A DNA stretch of 64,000 nt from Bugula neritina (GCA_964035545.1 OZ037765.1:30131504-30195503); one strand, 5' to 3'. Shown: positions 1-20,017, counted from the stretch's first letter. A program made the numbers and translations. The notes: generated by a model not told the origin, from the sequence alone.

Positions 1-1467
1 ATTGATAGCTCAATTTTGTTTTTCTTCTTATATAACAGCCCCTGGAGTCTGATCAACCCACAAAGCTGTTTGAATATTAAACGAGTTGGATTAGTGATAA
101 GAAGCTAAGTGCTGGGTTATCCTAAACCTGACACTGTATGATTCAATCTTCAAGTATCAACACGGATAATAAATTGCTGCAGTCTGCACAAAGGAATAAA
201 TATTCCCGCCTAGAAAATCCAAACCCCTGATAAACCAAACTGACAGTAAAGATTAAACCTCATTGGTTTGAGCTGACCACATTTCAATCTAGCATCGCGT
301 TGCTGAGCAACAGGATTGATAACTCTTAGCAATGGAAATTCCCCAGTTTTCAGAATACAAAGTAAACCTATCTTCAGGGGTTTTGGCCTAGAGCTTTATA
401 ATCATATAATTGTATGATTTATGGCTTCACAATCAATAATAAATTACTGAGATTATGCGAAGTCAAATTTCTTGACTATTAAATGTTAGTAAAGCTAAAA
501 TCCAGATTGAAAATGTACAAACGGTATCTACTGCCTTTAAAAGCTAACTTTAGAGAAAACAGAAGATAAATACTCATGCTAATATTTGAACTGCCACTTG
601 GAAAGAAACCTTAATTTCCGATTGACTGAAAATTAGAATGTATAGTTATGCAACATGAACTGTCTGTTAATTATTAGTAATTCACATATAATTATTATAG
701 GCAAGACATATCTACTACATGTTCCATAGTTGTTTAAAAAAAACCCTGCGCTTTTCACCAACAAAGCATTCCCAGCAGTTATGGTGCATGAAGCAATCAA
801 CTGAATCAGTAGAAAGAGGTAATAACTGATATCAATAAACTCCGACAGTGGAAAACAGAGTAGAGAAGCTGAGCTGAAGGAGGACTATAAAGCAGCATAC
901 AATATCATATCATCGCTTAATGAGATATTTATAATAAACTGGTTTATTTATTATAATAGAGAGAATTATTACAAATGATATAGATCTTCATTGTTTTATA
1001 TAACCATTGTTTTCTTAAAATATTATATTTTCAATTGTTTATAAAACTATCCTTACCATATAGGTAAGTATGTTACAATTGGTATCAAGAGTAGCAGAGA
1101 GATTACACTATATAAACACAGATCTAGCATTGCTCTCAATGAAACAAGATCCATATTTCAAATTATACAGCCTCCTTTACTATTAGCTGTCCCTTTAAAA
1201 AAAGTAAAAAGTACAGCTAATGCAGTTCTACCAGAAAAAGTAATCAACTATACTGACCAGCTGTCAATAATATCTCTGAAAAATACCATTGTAAAAAAAT
1301 ACACTCAGAGTTTGGACTAAAATGGAGCAGGGCACATTACAAAATATATTGTATTTATAGTAAAATTTTACTAACCAGAAAAACAGGGATGCAGTTATAA
1401 AAAAGAAATTTATACAATTTATCACGGTTCTAAACAAACATAATTGAGGAGTAAAAGATCAAAATAC

Positions 1468-4400
1468 CTGTTATTCTCCCATTCGTTGTCAGATGTCCAA
1501 ACTTTGTTAGGAGAATCCAAATCTGAAGTTTCCTCACTTTCCCCAGTAGGGGAGATGACTCTGTCTTTATTGCACTTTAATTTCAGTTTTTGTGACAGCA
1601 AAACTGAAGTAGGAAAACATAACCGAGCTGTTAAAACTCCAAAACAGAGTCAAGCAAAGAGCTGGACAGACTGATGAGACAAAGGAATAAATACTGAAGG
1701 ATAATTAATACTAGAATTGGTCAACCAAATCCTGTTATTTAAAATATGCCATTATTCAGAATTAATATAACGGAATGCTGTAATATTTACGAAATTGGGG
1801 GTTAGACTTTGCGATAGCCTCACAGGTGAATCAATTATAAACTTTCATCTCATCAATAAACATCAATCACATTATTGATCATTAATATGATTAATGATAA
1901 GATTCTGAAGGAAAAATTGAGTGAACTTGAAATAACATGTAAAAGTATTCTTTGCATGCAGTGAACTTCATAATTACTAAATCAGAGCAGATAATACTAG
2001 TAGATTCTACTAACATAATTAGCTTATAGGATAACATGGAGTAATAATATGAAACACATATAGGAACATAAAATAGCTCATTTGATTGCATCAAGTAGTT
2101 ATTAGAACTTCCATACTAAGTAGTAAGCAGTAAGCAGTTAGCCCAGGGGTACTGATGGTAGGTTTAATGAACTATTAACTGTTCAACCATTAAGCTTGAC
2201 CTGAAGGTTTTAACAAATGTGAAAGAATAAATACTTGAATATTGTTAGCATAATTACAGGAACTAGAATTAATAACCATTTAAGATGCTTACAATGCAGT
2301 ACTAAATGTTCTTGCAAATTTTTGTAGCCGTGACCTCAGCTATACTTAGTACAGTTACAGTAAGCATAATTAAGGTCACAGTAAGTACAGTACAGTAAGT
2401 AAACTACAGTAAGTACAATAAGTACACTATAGTAAGTACAGTATGTTTACCATTGTGTCTGCTATTTGCATGAGCAGTTCTTGCTGTGATGGCCACATCA
2501 GGCAAAGTGGTGATTTTGTCTGCGTGTAGCTTATATGTGGGAGGTATGGCTTCTTCCCCATTTGAACAGACAGACCTTAGTAAAGGACAATATAATATAC
2601 ACTACAGGCTACACTATAGTATGCACCAATACCAGTTATAGAATTTTCACAGCTAAAACTGTCAAGGATAGCATATCAAATTACTAAAGTGCTATATATT
2701 AGTATAGGCCATGATGCCATTTACAAATATTTCTAGTTGGGCATTCCCCAGTAATCTAGTACATTCCAAAAGGGCAATGGGTGATTCATGGAAGGCGCTG
2801 GTATTGCAATGTTTAGAGAAGGAGTAGCCAGCATTGTTAGGACTTACAAATCAATATTATGCAATTAGCAAGTGAACATAAATAGATGTAATAAACTTCC
2901 TAGTACAAAATGGCAGATAATAGACTGTAGTATATGGCACTGTAGTACAAGTGACACTGTAATATATGACACTGTAGAACGGGTGACACTATAGTACATG
3001 ACACCGTAGAGCAGGTGACACTGTAATATATGACAGTGTAGTATATGACACAGTAGAACAGGTGACTCTGTAATACATGACACAATGTATTACAGGTGAC
3101 ACTGTAATACATAACACTGTAGAACAAGTGACACTGTAATACATGACACAATAGAACAGGTGACTCTGTAATACATGACACAGTAGAAAAGGTGACACTG
3201 TAATACATAACACTGTAGAACAAGTGACACTGTAGAGCGTAAAACAAGTGACACTATAAAACAGGTGATACTATGGCTAGCATATGACACTGTAGAGTGT
3301 AGAACAAGTGATCCAATCATCTCTCACCCCTCATCGTCATCAAAGTCATGGTCTTCAAACGTGTCTCTGTCTGTGTCTGCATTATCTTCGGTTTTGCGTG
3401 CAGAGCTCAGTGGCTCCTCAACCTCTTCAGATGACTCGGACAACAACTTTGCGTTTCCTATTTTTTCAACAAATTCTGCTGTCCGAACACATTTAGATGT
3501 CTTTGCCGAGGTTTTAGAGGTGGCAAGCAGCTAACAAAAAATAAATTACATGACAAAAACCACAAGAATAAATATATTTAAGATGAAACAGTCTTAAACA
3601 TTTTATTAAACAATTTATACTATTGGAAAAGTTCAATACATCTCATATTGAAATTATTAACTGAATAAATATAAAGAAGAAGAGGTTAATGAAGCAGAAG
3701 GTTGAAACAAAGCCTTGGTCTCACATCGGGATTATTTCCATATATCCTTAAACTACGGGTTTTATACACTTTGTATAAAACGTCATTCAAGTATCAAATA
3801 ACCGGGTTAGGTAAATAAAACATTGTTATATTAAACTTACATAATACAAGGAAAAATGCAATAAGTAACTGCCTTATTCAAACGAGCTGAAGTAAATGTT
3901 ATTTGATGCATATTTTACTCCTATACACGCATGAAAGCACTGCACGTTTTTTCAGCATATCACCTCACACTGAACCAAAAACAAAAAAACGGACCAGTAA
4001 CTCATCAAAATACTGGCTACAAGAATGAAAAGGTTGCCATTTTTTCAAATTTCCCAACCCTACTTCAATGTTGGAATAAATGTATATAAAACATATCTGT
4101 TTTAATCTTTCTGGGCACAATAATAGAAGTTATGCAAACTTAAATGATACAACAAAGGTCTGAAAAGAAATATTAATTACTTCTGATCTGCAAAACAGGA
4201 TAATGTGAAGCTGGCTGACGTAGTAAGTAGCTAGTCTAGTTAATGAGTCCAACAGGTGTACACTCAGCACACATGATACAGGAAACACAAAACTCATGCA
4301 GACATCACCTTACAGCTGACAGGCTGGTAGATCAGATCCTCATAAGAAGTTGTCATCTCTAACCAGCAGAAAGTAAACTGCTCTATGAATATTGGCATAC

Positions 4401-5024
4401 CTTGCTTTTGGTGTCGGGTAATGATGAATTCTTTGCCTTTCGTTTTCCAGCCAATTTTGAAGGAACTTTCTTTATTCTTTTCACACTTTGACTACGTTTA
4501 GACTGTACAAGTGGCGGCATAACTTTAGTCGTAGAAGTCTTTTTGAATAAATGAGTTTTAGTGGAGGATTGCGTGTAGACTATTTGAGTATGAATGACAC
4601 TCAAAACGAACATAAACATAAGAGGATTCGTGACTTCAAACAAGGAAATAGTCATATCAACGGATGAGTACAGGTAGACTACAGTTACCATCACCTGAGC
4701 GGCGTACAAAAGCAGGGCTGTCCAGAAAAATTTTCTTGTTGTATGCTGCACCCACCACTTGTAGAAAAACGGAAGAAATAACAACCTGACAAGCCCTTTC
4801 CATGTTCGAACGTAAGATGTGTGAGAAGGTGCGGCTTTCGTGAAAGTTGAGCCTTTAATCAAATCAACATCTAGAAGTTCACGACATGGTTTAAGAAAAT
4901 CTCTCTTGGGAAGACTGTCAATAGATGTTGAAATCTTTCCCTCCATTGTTTGCTCCCAGTTTTGTTTATCATGGTCTCCTATTTTTGACTGGTACCAATC
5001 CAGATTTCGTTTGAATCTGTTCAT
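1468..5024 (-). CDS. PHTF: Putative homeodomain transcription factor (PHTF1/2 family), 5' coding exons; gene continues left of 1468
   Basis: Exon 5024-4401 encodes WYQSKIGDHDKQNWEQ...LLDVDLIKGSTFTKA...KGLVRLLFLPFFYKWW, matching the conserved PHTF N-terminus (WYQKKIGAYDQQIWE...DLIDVDLIRGSTFAKA). Phase-consistent GT-AG exons follow at 3530-3328, 2575-2451 and 1603-1468; these are low-complexity and less certain. An acceptor AG at 5035-5034 implies an upstream non-coding exon. Confidence 0.88.
2355..2445. repeat. Degenerate (ACAGTAAGT)-like simple repeat next to a PHTF donor site
   Basis: Repeated cagtaagtacagtacagtaagt motifs seen directly. Confidence 0.7.
2925..3312. repeat. Minisatellite, ~32-bp unit (gacactgtaatacat + gacactgtagaacaagt)
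   Basis: About 11-12 diverged copies in a PHTF intron, starting ~15 nt from the donor at 3327. Explains the spurious ORFs at 2865-3320. Confidence 0.92.
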
Positions 5025-6849
5025 TTTGAGCTTCTAAAAATAAACCATCTGGTCATTATAAACAATGTTAAAGGAACAACATTTAGAGCAATTAACAGAA
5101 TATTTCCTTTACAAGAATATGAACCTAAAACTACTACTGGAATACAATTTAAAATAATACAAATAACATATTCAATGATGGCAGAATTTTCCCTATATTT
5201 AATAGCCAACTACCAACAGCTACATTGTTTTTCTGAAAAGCAATTCATAAACTTCAATTGATAATATCAATTCTTACAAAAGTTGACTTAAATTCAATAA
5301 CTTACAAACCATGGACATAATTATTTGCACAGTTCAAGTTGTTTTTCTTTTTTATTAGGTGCAGGTTTTCTTGAAAAATCTTTTATACTTGGCTGCATTT
5401 ATTACATCTTTTAATTCCTTTGTTCAAATATTCAATATAATATGTTTAAAAAATCAACAACTGTCATCTAATGACTTATGGCTTATTTTTATACCAACGA
5501 CTTATCTACCAATTGATACTATAACCTATGCAGCTATCTATTTTAATGCTTTGTAAGTTGAATCATTGTTCATCAATATTTTAGACCGGGGTTGAGAACT
5601 AGCAGGTTAAAGTATGTACAGTAAAGGCTAAAATTATATTATAAAAATGACTAGGGTATATAATATTGTGAACTATAAAAAAACCTGCCAGAGTTTTTAT
5701 CAAGTAAGTTTTAGCATATAACAAGCAGCCTTATAACGCAATCCAGCAAATCTTGTTGAATGCTTACACTGTAAAAATAAATAACTTTTCATATGATATA
5801 ATTATAAGAATCACTTATGAAATTAGTGTTAGGAAATTATTACATAGCTTTAACTTGCAACTTTATGGCAAAAAATCATTAATATTTCTATGACAAATTA
5901 TAGCCATGATAATGATATATTACACAATGGCAATATGCCATTATCATTTATGTTGGTAAAGGAAATGCAATTGAATTTTCTGTTTAAATCAATGAAAAAC
6001 TCTTTGTTAAAATTTTTACTTATAATTAGCATCATCATCATGGTTCATAATATGATAATAATAATCAAGTTGTATGCAAAGATTCGAGATACATTTTAAT
6101 ATCAATTTGTGTACTGTTGGTTATATTTAATATTTACTATAGCTCTATAACTATTAGTACTAGTATTAATATACTATTATTAGTATTAGTATAAACTATA
6201 GTTATAAGTAATTACTAGCTATAAAGTTACTAGTCACTAGTTCAGTTCCTTATTAAGATTTAAGTTATAGCAATATTATTACAAGCCACTAATAGTAATA
6301 CACTAATAGTGATACTCATTAGTGATACTGACATACTGTAGAGTGGTAGTGCCAGTGGTAGTCGTAGTCGGTAGTGGTAGGCACTATTAGTAGTAGTACT
6401 GCTACTACTAGGTATAAATGTTTATAGTGATAAACTTTAAACATAATCACTTTATCATAATGATAATCACAATGATGATGAATATAAATACAATCACAAT
6501 AACCATCGGGTTATTCATATTAAACTTAAAGTGATAATGATAATATTAATCATAATTACAACAATTAAATTCAATATTAATAAAAATTGTTATAACAATA
6601 GCATTCATATTCATTAAATATCATTATGATTATGATATTGTTTCAATAAGTGAATAAGTCAATAACGAACTCAAAGACTACTATTAAATTTAACTAATAA
6701 ATTTAACATTAATGATTTAATTTTATGACAATGACTAAATGAGTAAAAGCAAAACTAAAACTAAAAAGTTAATAAAATCACTAAGTCTAACTTTAAGTTT
6801 AACTGAAATTCAAATTGTACTACAAATAATTGTAACCAATTTTATTTTA

Positions 6850-7250
6850 TGCCTTGGTCGCTTTTGGCCAATCGATAATTCTCTTTGAGGTCAAAGGGCT
6901 ATACTTAGAATACACCACGCTGATCGAGATCTGCCTAGCAACATTTTAACAATAATGATCATTACTCAATGGTAAGATCTAAAGAGCTATCCTTATTTAT
7001 TACACAAATCGTAAACGATGTCTTGTGACGTCTCAGTTCCTAGCCAATCAAAGTGTATCATTGAAAGATGTACTAGCTGAAACGACAACTTTTATTAGCG
7101 CAATAATAAAGGAGTTGCCTTCTTTTTATAAAGAAGTTCGACGACAGCCACTCAAATTTTTATTTATGATATAACAGCTATTCAACATTTATTCTTTATT
7201 ATCCTCACAGCCTCACATCCGCTGTAAAATATTAGTTATGGTCAATTATT
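6850..7250. promoter_or_regulatory. Probable bidirectional promoter core for PHTF (-) and PDCD7 (+)
   Basis: Normal-complexity, CpG-containing island between divergent genes, with CCAAT boxes (~6868, ~7044) and a CRE-like TGACGTC (~7026). A candidate PDCD7 5'UTR donor GTGAGT lies at ~7668. Confidence 0.55.
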
Positions 7251-8617
7251 ATGGACACAATGACAATGGCAATTAATTTAAAAAAAGAGCAATCATTACT
7301 GACTACAATCACTCCTTTAATACTATTCAATTTTAAAATTGAAATTGAGTTTATATCAGTTTGTATTACGATGAGTATGACAATGTAAAGCTCATTTTTA
7401 TTTAAAATTAAATATGATCATGATGATAATATTTATATTAATTAATTATCATTTTGATTTTAATTTATATTTTATATCAATAATAATATTTTAATAATAC
7501 AAGTAATAGTTATATTATTACTATAGTATAAAACTAAGTTTAAGTTTAACTAATGCTAATACTAATAGTGAGTAATACTAATACTAATGATAATACAAAA
7601 ACAACATAAGAGGCACTCAATAATTTTGCGCCAGCAGGTTTTAGCAGAGTGTTCTAATTTTTACGAAGTGAGTTAATACTTATACTTATAGTTATACTAT
7701 ACGGATGCCTAGCCCTTGACCATGGTTATGGTATTCATGTTGATAATGGCGATCATAATGATAATGCCAATGTGAATGGTATAAATAGTAATACTACAAG
7801 TACTATTACTTATTAGTTATTACTTATTAGTATAAGTATAACACTAACAGTTTAACATCAAAATTACTTATGCTTATAGTATTGGTTATTAGTCTTGGTA
7901 CAAGCATTATATTTAGATTTAGTATAACTATAAGTATAAGTATAACCACTACCCGAACAGGACAAAGCGGAGATAGGTGATAATAGAAAAAATAACTATA
8001 AGTATAACATTAACTTATAACTATTAGTATAACATTAACTAATATTATTAGTAATAATATTACTAGTAGTAATAGTAGATTACTAATATTAGTAGTAGAA
8101 CTAAATATAATACTTATACCAATACAGTAATGAGTAATAGTTGAGTAATACTAATGGTAATAGTTTTAGTATTAATAATAGTAATAGTAATACTATTGCA
8201 TTTACTTTTATTAGTTTTACTCTTGCTATTAGTATTGCTATTACTATTAGACACTATTTACAGTGATACTGATAAAAGATGCTGATAAGTTATAGGCATT
8301 TTAAATTTTATGAGTAATATGACTCTAAGAATAAATATTTAAAACTAATGCGTGATGATTCATTAGTCATTAGTATTGGTATTAAATATAAAAACTTCAA
8401 AATAAAATAACTTTTTTCATTTATAATATTAGTATTATAATAATAAATTTAAATTAGAAAGTTAAAATTAAATTTTATGATTACATAATGAAATTAAATG
8501 TAATTTAAACTTCCGTGAGATAGTAAATTTGATTTGAAGACATGATAAACCAAATTATATCTTGAACTTAAATTTTCTTGTATGAAGTTGTTTCATATGA
8601 ATGTTTGATATTGTAGA

Positions 8618-11600
8618 ATGTCTGGATATCAGGATGCTGATGCATTGTGGTCATGTCCACCTCCTAACTTTTATAATAGAGGTGTGCCTTGGCCGCGCCA
8701 CCCTCCTACATCTCAAAATCGTGATTGCTACTTTATTCACACTTCTCATTGCCCACCACCTCAGGCTCCAGCTAGATATCCTTCTCATCAGACGTTAAAT
8801 GTTACTCATAGTACTGGTAATAGCAGTGTAGATCCAAGTTTACAGCCTCACATGACTCACAACGCTGGACAGTTTACAGTCGATGAAAGAACTGCTCCCT
8901 GCTGGGCATCTGCCAACCTTCCGGATATTAGCATTCCTCCACCTCTGTTAAATAATATTAATCCACTTTCTCAAAACATGGCTAAGTCTTGTTCAGGGCC
9001 ATTACCACCTGGAGCACAGGTAGCTACTTTCTACAGTAACCTAATTGTAGTAACACGTGTGTACTTTATTATGTCATCACTTATTGGGTATTTTATTGTT
9101 TCAGCACTTATTGTGTACTTTATTATGTCAGCGCTTATAATTTAGTTTCTACTCGTAGTGAAATAGATTTGCAAAATTTAAAAATTATCTTTGCATATTA
9201 TAGACTCTTTCTGCTATTACTTCAACACAATCCTGTATTCAACATGAAAAGCTAAAGGTGTGGCTGGCTAAGAATGGCTTCACTGCCCAACACAACCATC
9301 AGAGTCAACTTGAGTTGGACTCGGATAAGTTTACAGTATGTAAAACTTGACACTGCAATATTTAGTGTTCTGTTTTAAAAGCTCTTTAATAAGCTGTTAT
9401 CTTTTTCTTTGAATGCACTGACTGTATTTTCATGTCAAGGTTGTTTCTCATTCTTACACTCAAATCTAGTAACCTATTTATTTACTATCATTTTTACTTT
9501 ATCCGGTACATTCTTGACAACGTAGTTGTAGTCTTAATTAAATGTATACAAAGTCCACAACTGAATGTTCGTAGCAGTGTTCCCATTTGACGTATTTTTA
9601 CAATTTGCTTGGCAAAAATTTGGGCAAAAGTAAAGCAGAATTGTTCAGAAAAGATATTATGTGAATCGGGTTTATTCTGTAACATTTTAGATCTCGGTAT
9701 CTGTATTCATTGTGCACAAATTTCCATTCTTTGTTGAACAAGAAAAACCTTACTCTATAATCAAATCGCTGGGTGCATCAAGAAGTTTAATTTATGAAGT
9801 ATATAGTTTCTTGTTACATTTCATATAAATCATGGTTTTAGTTGCTGGATATAAAAATAATGCTACACAAAGTGAACATCTTGAGGTTGCAACTAAGAGA
9901 CTTGTCATCAAATCAAGTCACAAAGAATGAAAATCTCCTTAACCAAAAGACTCTCATTGAGGTGACTGAGTTGGCAACTGTGTGTAGAGGAGATGTTGAT
10001 ATCAAATGAAATAAATTTTTTCAATTGGATACTTAATTTAACTTTTGCTTCCTGCTTATAGATGCGTGTTTAATAAGTTTGACCAGCTGTTTAACCAACT
10101 TTCTCTTGCAAGCCATTGCTATTTCTCTAACTTCTTTAAATTATATGACCTGTAATATTATACATAAATTTTATGAGCTGTAATATTATATATAAATACC
10201 GCCACCCGCGCAGGACCACGGCGGTGAAAGGTGACCAATATTATATATAATTTATATGACCCGTAATATTATATATAAATTTTATGAGCTGTAATATTAT
10301 ATAAAAATTATATGAGCTGTAATATTATATATAAATTATATGACCTGTAATATTATATATAAATTATATGACCTGTAATATTATATATAAATTATATGAC
10401 CTGTAATATTATATATAAATTATATGACCTGTAATGTATTATTCAGGATGAAATGAACAAGCTACTGCTAATACTCGAAGCTGAAAGCACCAAAGATATA
10501 GTCAGAAAGAAAGTAGTCAGAGCTCTTGCTAGAAAGGTAGGATCTTCATACCTACTAAGCTTACAGCAGCTGATCATTTGATTTAGTTGTGTGTTTTGTT
10601 TCTATCTGTTATATTTAGTCTCTACTTTTTCTATTCTATCAGGAAAGACGACGAAAGTGGAAACAAAAGCTATGGGAAGAAACTCAAGCTAAGTCTGTGA
10701 GAATAGCTGAGAGCCACGAGAGGATGGACAAATGGCTGGAGGATATACAAGAGAAAAAGCGGGTTAGCGATGATGTCATAGCAAAATTGTTTTACACGAA
10801 TACTTGAAGCATTTTGAAGTGATTAATTTTACTTTTACTGTGCCTCTTAGCATAGTTTGTAGAAAATTTAGTTAGCTCTTTTATCTAAAAGGGTTAGAAA
10901 TTTAGCAAATTTATAAGAGGATATTTATTAACCATGTTCTTGAGTTAATATAATGGAGTCATAATTTTTCAATTAAACAATGAAATGTTGGTTCACATCA
11001 TATTTGAACTAAACACTTGATGGTTTTTTTCTGTTGAAATAGTTTGGACAACTTTAGTGTTGAAAAGTATCTGTTTTGTTCCATAGTTGAAACTTTGAAA
11101 TTTCCGAAGATTAAAAATGGCAATTCACTTAGTAATATTTTTAAGATTTGCATTTCGCAACAGTTGTAAAATTTTTAAATTTAAATTTTTAAAAAACATT
11201 GTGGGAGATATTTTATTATTTTGCTCTAACTTCTGTAGAAATGAAAAATTAAGCGACTACAACTGATCGTGGAATTTCAAGTAACATTTAGGCTGAGATT
11301 TAGATTAATGGCAATAACTTATTAAGTAATAAAAGTAATCACTGAGTAGAATGCAAAATGGGACGAAAGTTGCAGCTTCAGCATAACTATTTGATATCAT
11401 ATTCCTAATTGGTTCTCTCACCTAATCAGTTATGAGCAAAGTCTAAAATCTAAATGATGCATTTAATACAAGCTTATTGCTCTACTTCATTGAAAGTTAC
11501 GAGGTCTGGACTTTTGGTTAGATTTGTTTTCTCATACCAATGTGTAGATGGAGCAGATGTTGAAGGCTGCTGACCAGTCCATGTCGGGAGTGAGACAGAA

Positions 11601-13584
11601 GATCCAGGATATCGTGAAGCAGAAAGAGCTAATTGAGTCTGTCGTTAAGCTACGATCAATACGGGAACAGTCTCGCACTCACTCCACTTATGGTATTACG
11701 GCAATGTTTGTTCAACTGACGGAATTGATTGATTGTTTCATAAATGAGCATTTGCTATTATCGATCTATTGCCTCAAATATTTATTACCTAGTATAATTT
11801 TCAAGGCAGCATTGCACTAGTTATGTTTACTAGAAGCTGCTATTAGTTTCGTAGGTATTTCTAGGGTCCAATAGTTTAGCTCCATAACATAATGCTTTTT
11901 TGTTATTCGATAGATTGAAGTTGTTTTAAATAATTTAAAGTTACATTGTTATCTACAAAAAAGATTGCTTGAAGATGACTTTTTGCTGATGCCATAATTT
12001 ATTTATTGATAATTTACAATTGAGTATATTTCTTGTTAATATATTTTATTAATGATGAGTTCATGTGTTGCATATCTGTTTCTACTTGTCTTCATGGATT
12101 ATATATATAGTACTAGTTTAAAATAGTTTAATCCATTTGCTCAGTCTTAGCTTTGCTTGGTCATAGTTGTTGTTTTGACCAATATTCATGTTTTATAGGG
12201 TCGTCTGATGGAGAAGCTAAAAATAAATTTATCAAGAAAACATCTGAGCTGATCAAGTTGCTAGACAAGCGGTTAAATTTATATAAAAAGGAGGAAATGG
12301 CGTTGAAGGTATTGGCTCAAACTTCGTGTTGTAATACACACCTGTATACAATATATTTTAGACATTAAACGGTATTTGTGAAATAAGTACTTAAAAGTTT
12401 AATAGGAGTTGTCTGCTTTTGTAAGTATAAAATTGTAAATTTTCATAAAGAAAGTGTTACATAATAAATTATTAGCAACTGCTAAAGCTGTTAATTCTTT
12501 CAAATATACAGCTACAATAAATACTTAAAATTGCAATGTGGTTATGCACTGAAAGGTTACCAATCGGGAATTACATCCTGCTATCTGTTCGTAGGTGATG
12601 CTTGAGTCTGAGCATGAAGAAAAACGAGCTAAAGAACTCAGAATTGCGGCTGTTAGGAAGCGCCGGCAGCACAATAAGTTAGAAAAACAGAAGGAGTTGT
12701 GGCTATTTGGTTCTCAAGGTTAGATTTGTTGAACATATTTTGTATCTTTTAGTTAATTCTATCGGTCTATCATCACCATTGTGTCTTCTGTATAGTGGTA
12801 GTTTGTTTACAATATTAATGTATATTGAGATGTTTATATTTCAGCTGTCAGCCATTAGTTGTGATGTTTTGTAGAAGTAGCAGAGGAACTGCTACCTTTC
12901 TATAAATACTACACACAAGCGGACCAGGATTTCAACATGTTCATGAGTTATAGGTATGTCTTTAATAATAACCTGAGCTTCTCTAATCAAATCTGTTTAT
13001 ATTTGCTTATATTCTACAGTTATAATTTTTCGCATGTAGAAAAATGACGAACTATGTTATAATTTTAATAGTAAATAAATTAAAATCTATGTCTTCGTTT
13101 TATAAATCGTCAGTTGTTTGTTCACTGTTGGCTAAAGCAAAGTTGATATATATTGTTTGTAAAATATTTTCAAATTATCGTGGCGTTCTTATATTTTAAT
13201 ATTTAATTTGACGTGCTTTAGGGGTAGAACTGCAGTTTAAATAGTGTTTTACAAGAGTTGTTTCCCCTGGCGTGTTTTAGACATCGATGGGATAGTTACA
13301 TTGTTGCGGACAATACTCCTGGGAGTAGTAGAGTACCAAGAGGTTGGGTCATACCCCCGGTACCCTCCTCCACTCTATGGAGTAATTATATTAATCAGGA
13401 ACCTGAGGCTACAAAGAGTAAAGCTGATAGACATCAATCATATCCCAATGATGTAGCAGTTGACAGTTCATCGTCACATTTGAAACAAGAAACAGTCGAG
13501 AAACAAGAACAAACTGCTGAAAAATTAGTTGATGCAACACAAGATAATCAATGTACATCAGTGAAGCCTTTGCATTTCGCTTAA
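8618..13584 (+). CDS. PDCD7: Programmed cell death protein 7 (U11/U12 snRNP 59 kDa protein)
   Basis: Exons: 8618-9019 (Pro-rich N-terminus), tentative 9204-9335 and 9842-9961 (open, phase 0), 10447-10536, 10643-10762, 11548-11692, 12199-12308, 12595-12718, 12875-12953, 13281-13584. Coiled-coil middle; the C-terminal LFG...PFYKYYTQADQDF...RHRWDSYIV...SRVPRGWVIPPVPSSTLW matches the PDCD7 signature. Confidence 0.9.
10135..10437. repeat. 28-bp AT-rich minisatellite (aaattatatgacctgtaatattatatat) with a GC-rich insert
   Basis: About 9 copies ending ~9 nt before the PDCD7 acceptor at 10446; interrupted at ~10197-10237. Confidence 0.92.
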
Positions 13585-15150
13585 AGTTTTATGCTACTAG
13601 TTGTTCAGCTGAGACCAGCACCTGTAGGAAACTTTGTTGATAGTATAGGAACTAAATAGACACCAATGCAGACCGTAAATAATCTACATGAAGTCTGATT
13701 TGTAAAAAGTTTGTATGATAGAATTATATTAAAACTAAACTTTTGACTACGAAGTTGGGTAGTCTTGGTTGAATGTTTCAAGATTTTTTTTCATGAACAA
13801 TGCTTCTCGTAGTCTAGTTTCGCATGCACTTTCATTGTATATATAGTTTAATATAGCCGATACCAGACCGCTTTTAATGCTCAATTTTTTATATATTTTT
13901 CTAATCTGTTAAAAAAGATTCATAGCTAAAAAAATTTTTATTTATTTTTCCTTACATGCTCACTTCGATAGCACATTCAATTTGGTTATTTTACACATTG
14001 TGTAGTCAAAACTATGATGCACTTTTAAACTACTTTACCATTTTTATAATTTTGTCTCTGTAAGAAATACAGTAAAGTTATAGTGATTTTCTGTACACAT
14101 TTCAACCTGTAATTATTTGAACAATAACTTGTTTAAGTTATCAAACCTTAAAAGCAATTGTACAAAATAATGTTTTAAATTCAACTTTTATTAAATATTT
14201 GTAACAAGTAAATTAGCCCAAATCACTTTTACACATTTTATTTGATAACATTAACATACTTTACAACCCAAAATAATAAATTCCTTTGAGGAACAAACTG
14301 GTATTAGCTAGTAATTAGAAAATAAGGGAAACTCACTTATGTTCAGTAATATCTAATATCATGCCACTCGAAATAAACAGAAGCAATGCTGAAGAAATAC
14401 ACTTGTCGAGAAAAGTAATTTTGCAATTATTCTTGTGACAATTGATTTCAACAGCGTAAGTGGTCATCAATTTAAATTTGAAGGAAGCATGTAGCTGCAT
14501 TGAAAATTTCATCAAATAATGCACACAGTTTATATTCAGCTAGCTATTTGTGGAAGAAAAAGACTTCAAAAGTCTTGAAATTTTGCTTTAATAAAGGCAT
14601 TTAGACCAAAAGAAAACTTACGGAAAATAATATACAGAACAAAAATATTAACATCAACCATACGTGGTTAAGGCTCAAACTTAAAAGGGAGTATGTACAA
14701 GGTGAAAATCATGAAAATATACATTCTATTATACATTTATATGTCAATCAATAAAATATGAGCGGCTGAATATTCCATCATTCTGTAAGAAGCTAACAAA
14801 ACTTTGAAAAGAAAACAGGTTATACTTGGGCCTGGCCCAACATATTCCAAAGTGTTAAGTGTTAGTTTGAGGCAATCTATGAAAAGCTTAGCAAATGGTT
14901 TCTTACCAACAGACAAATCATTAGCAAACAACTCTAAACCTTAGAACCTCATCAAAAATACATGTATTTTAGCAGTTTTTAACTGCTTAAGACTTAAAAC
15001 TTGGCATTGATCTCTTTTTAGAAACCAACCCTTAGAATTTAAATGTAATACTCAAATGTAATAACTTAAATAGTTTATATATAACTAAGTATAGTTCAAT
15101 ATATATTAGGCACTAAAATCTACTCTGTCTCAGCTGTCCCCTGGCAACAG

Positions 15151-20017
<4,867 letters not shown>

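Noticed and set aside
2865-3320. Cys/His/Tyr-rich minus-strand ORFs and a CRISPR-like periodicity
   Set aside because: Translation of a 32-bp minisatellite; no unique spacers, no cas genes, eukaryotic intron.
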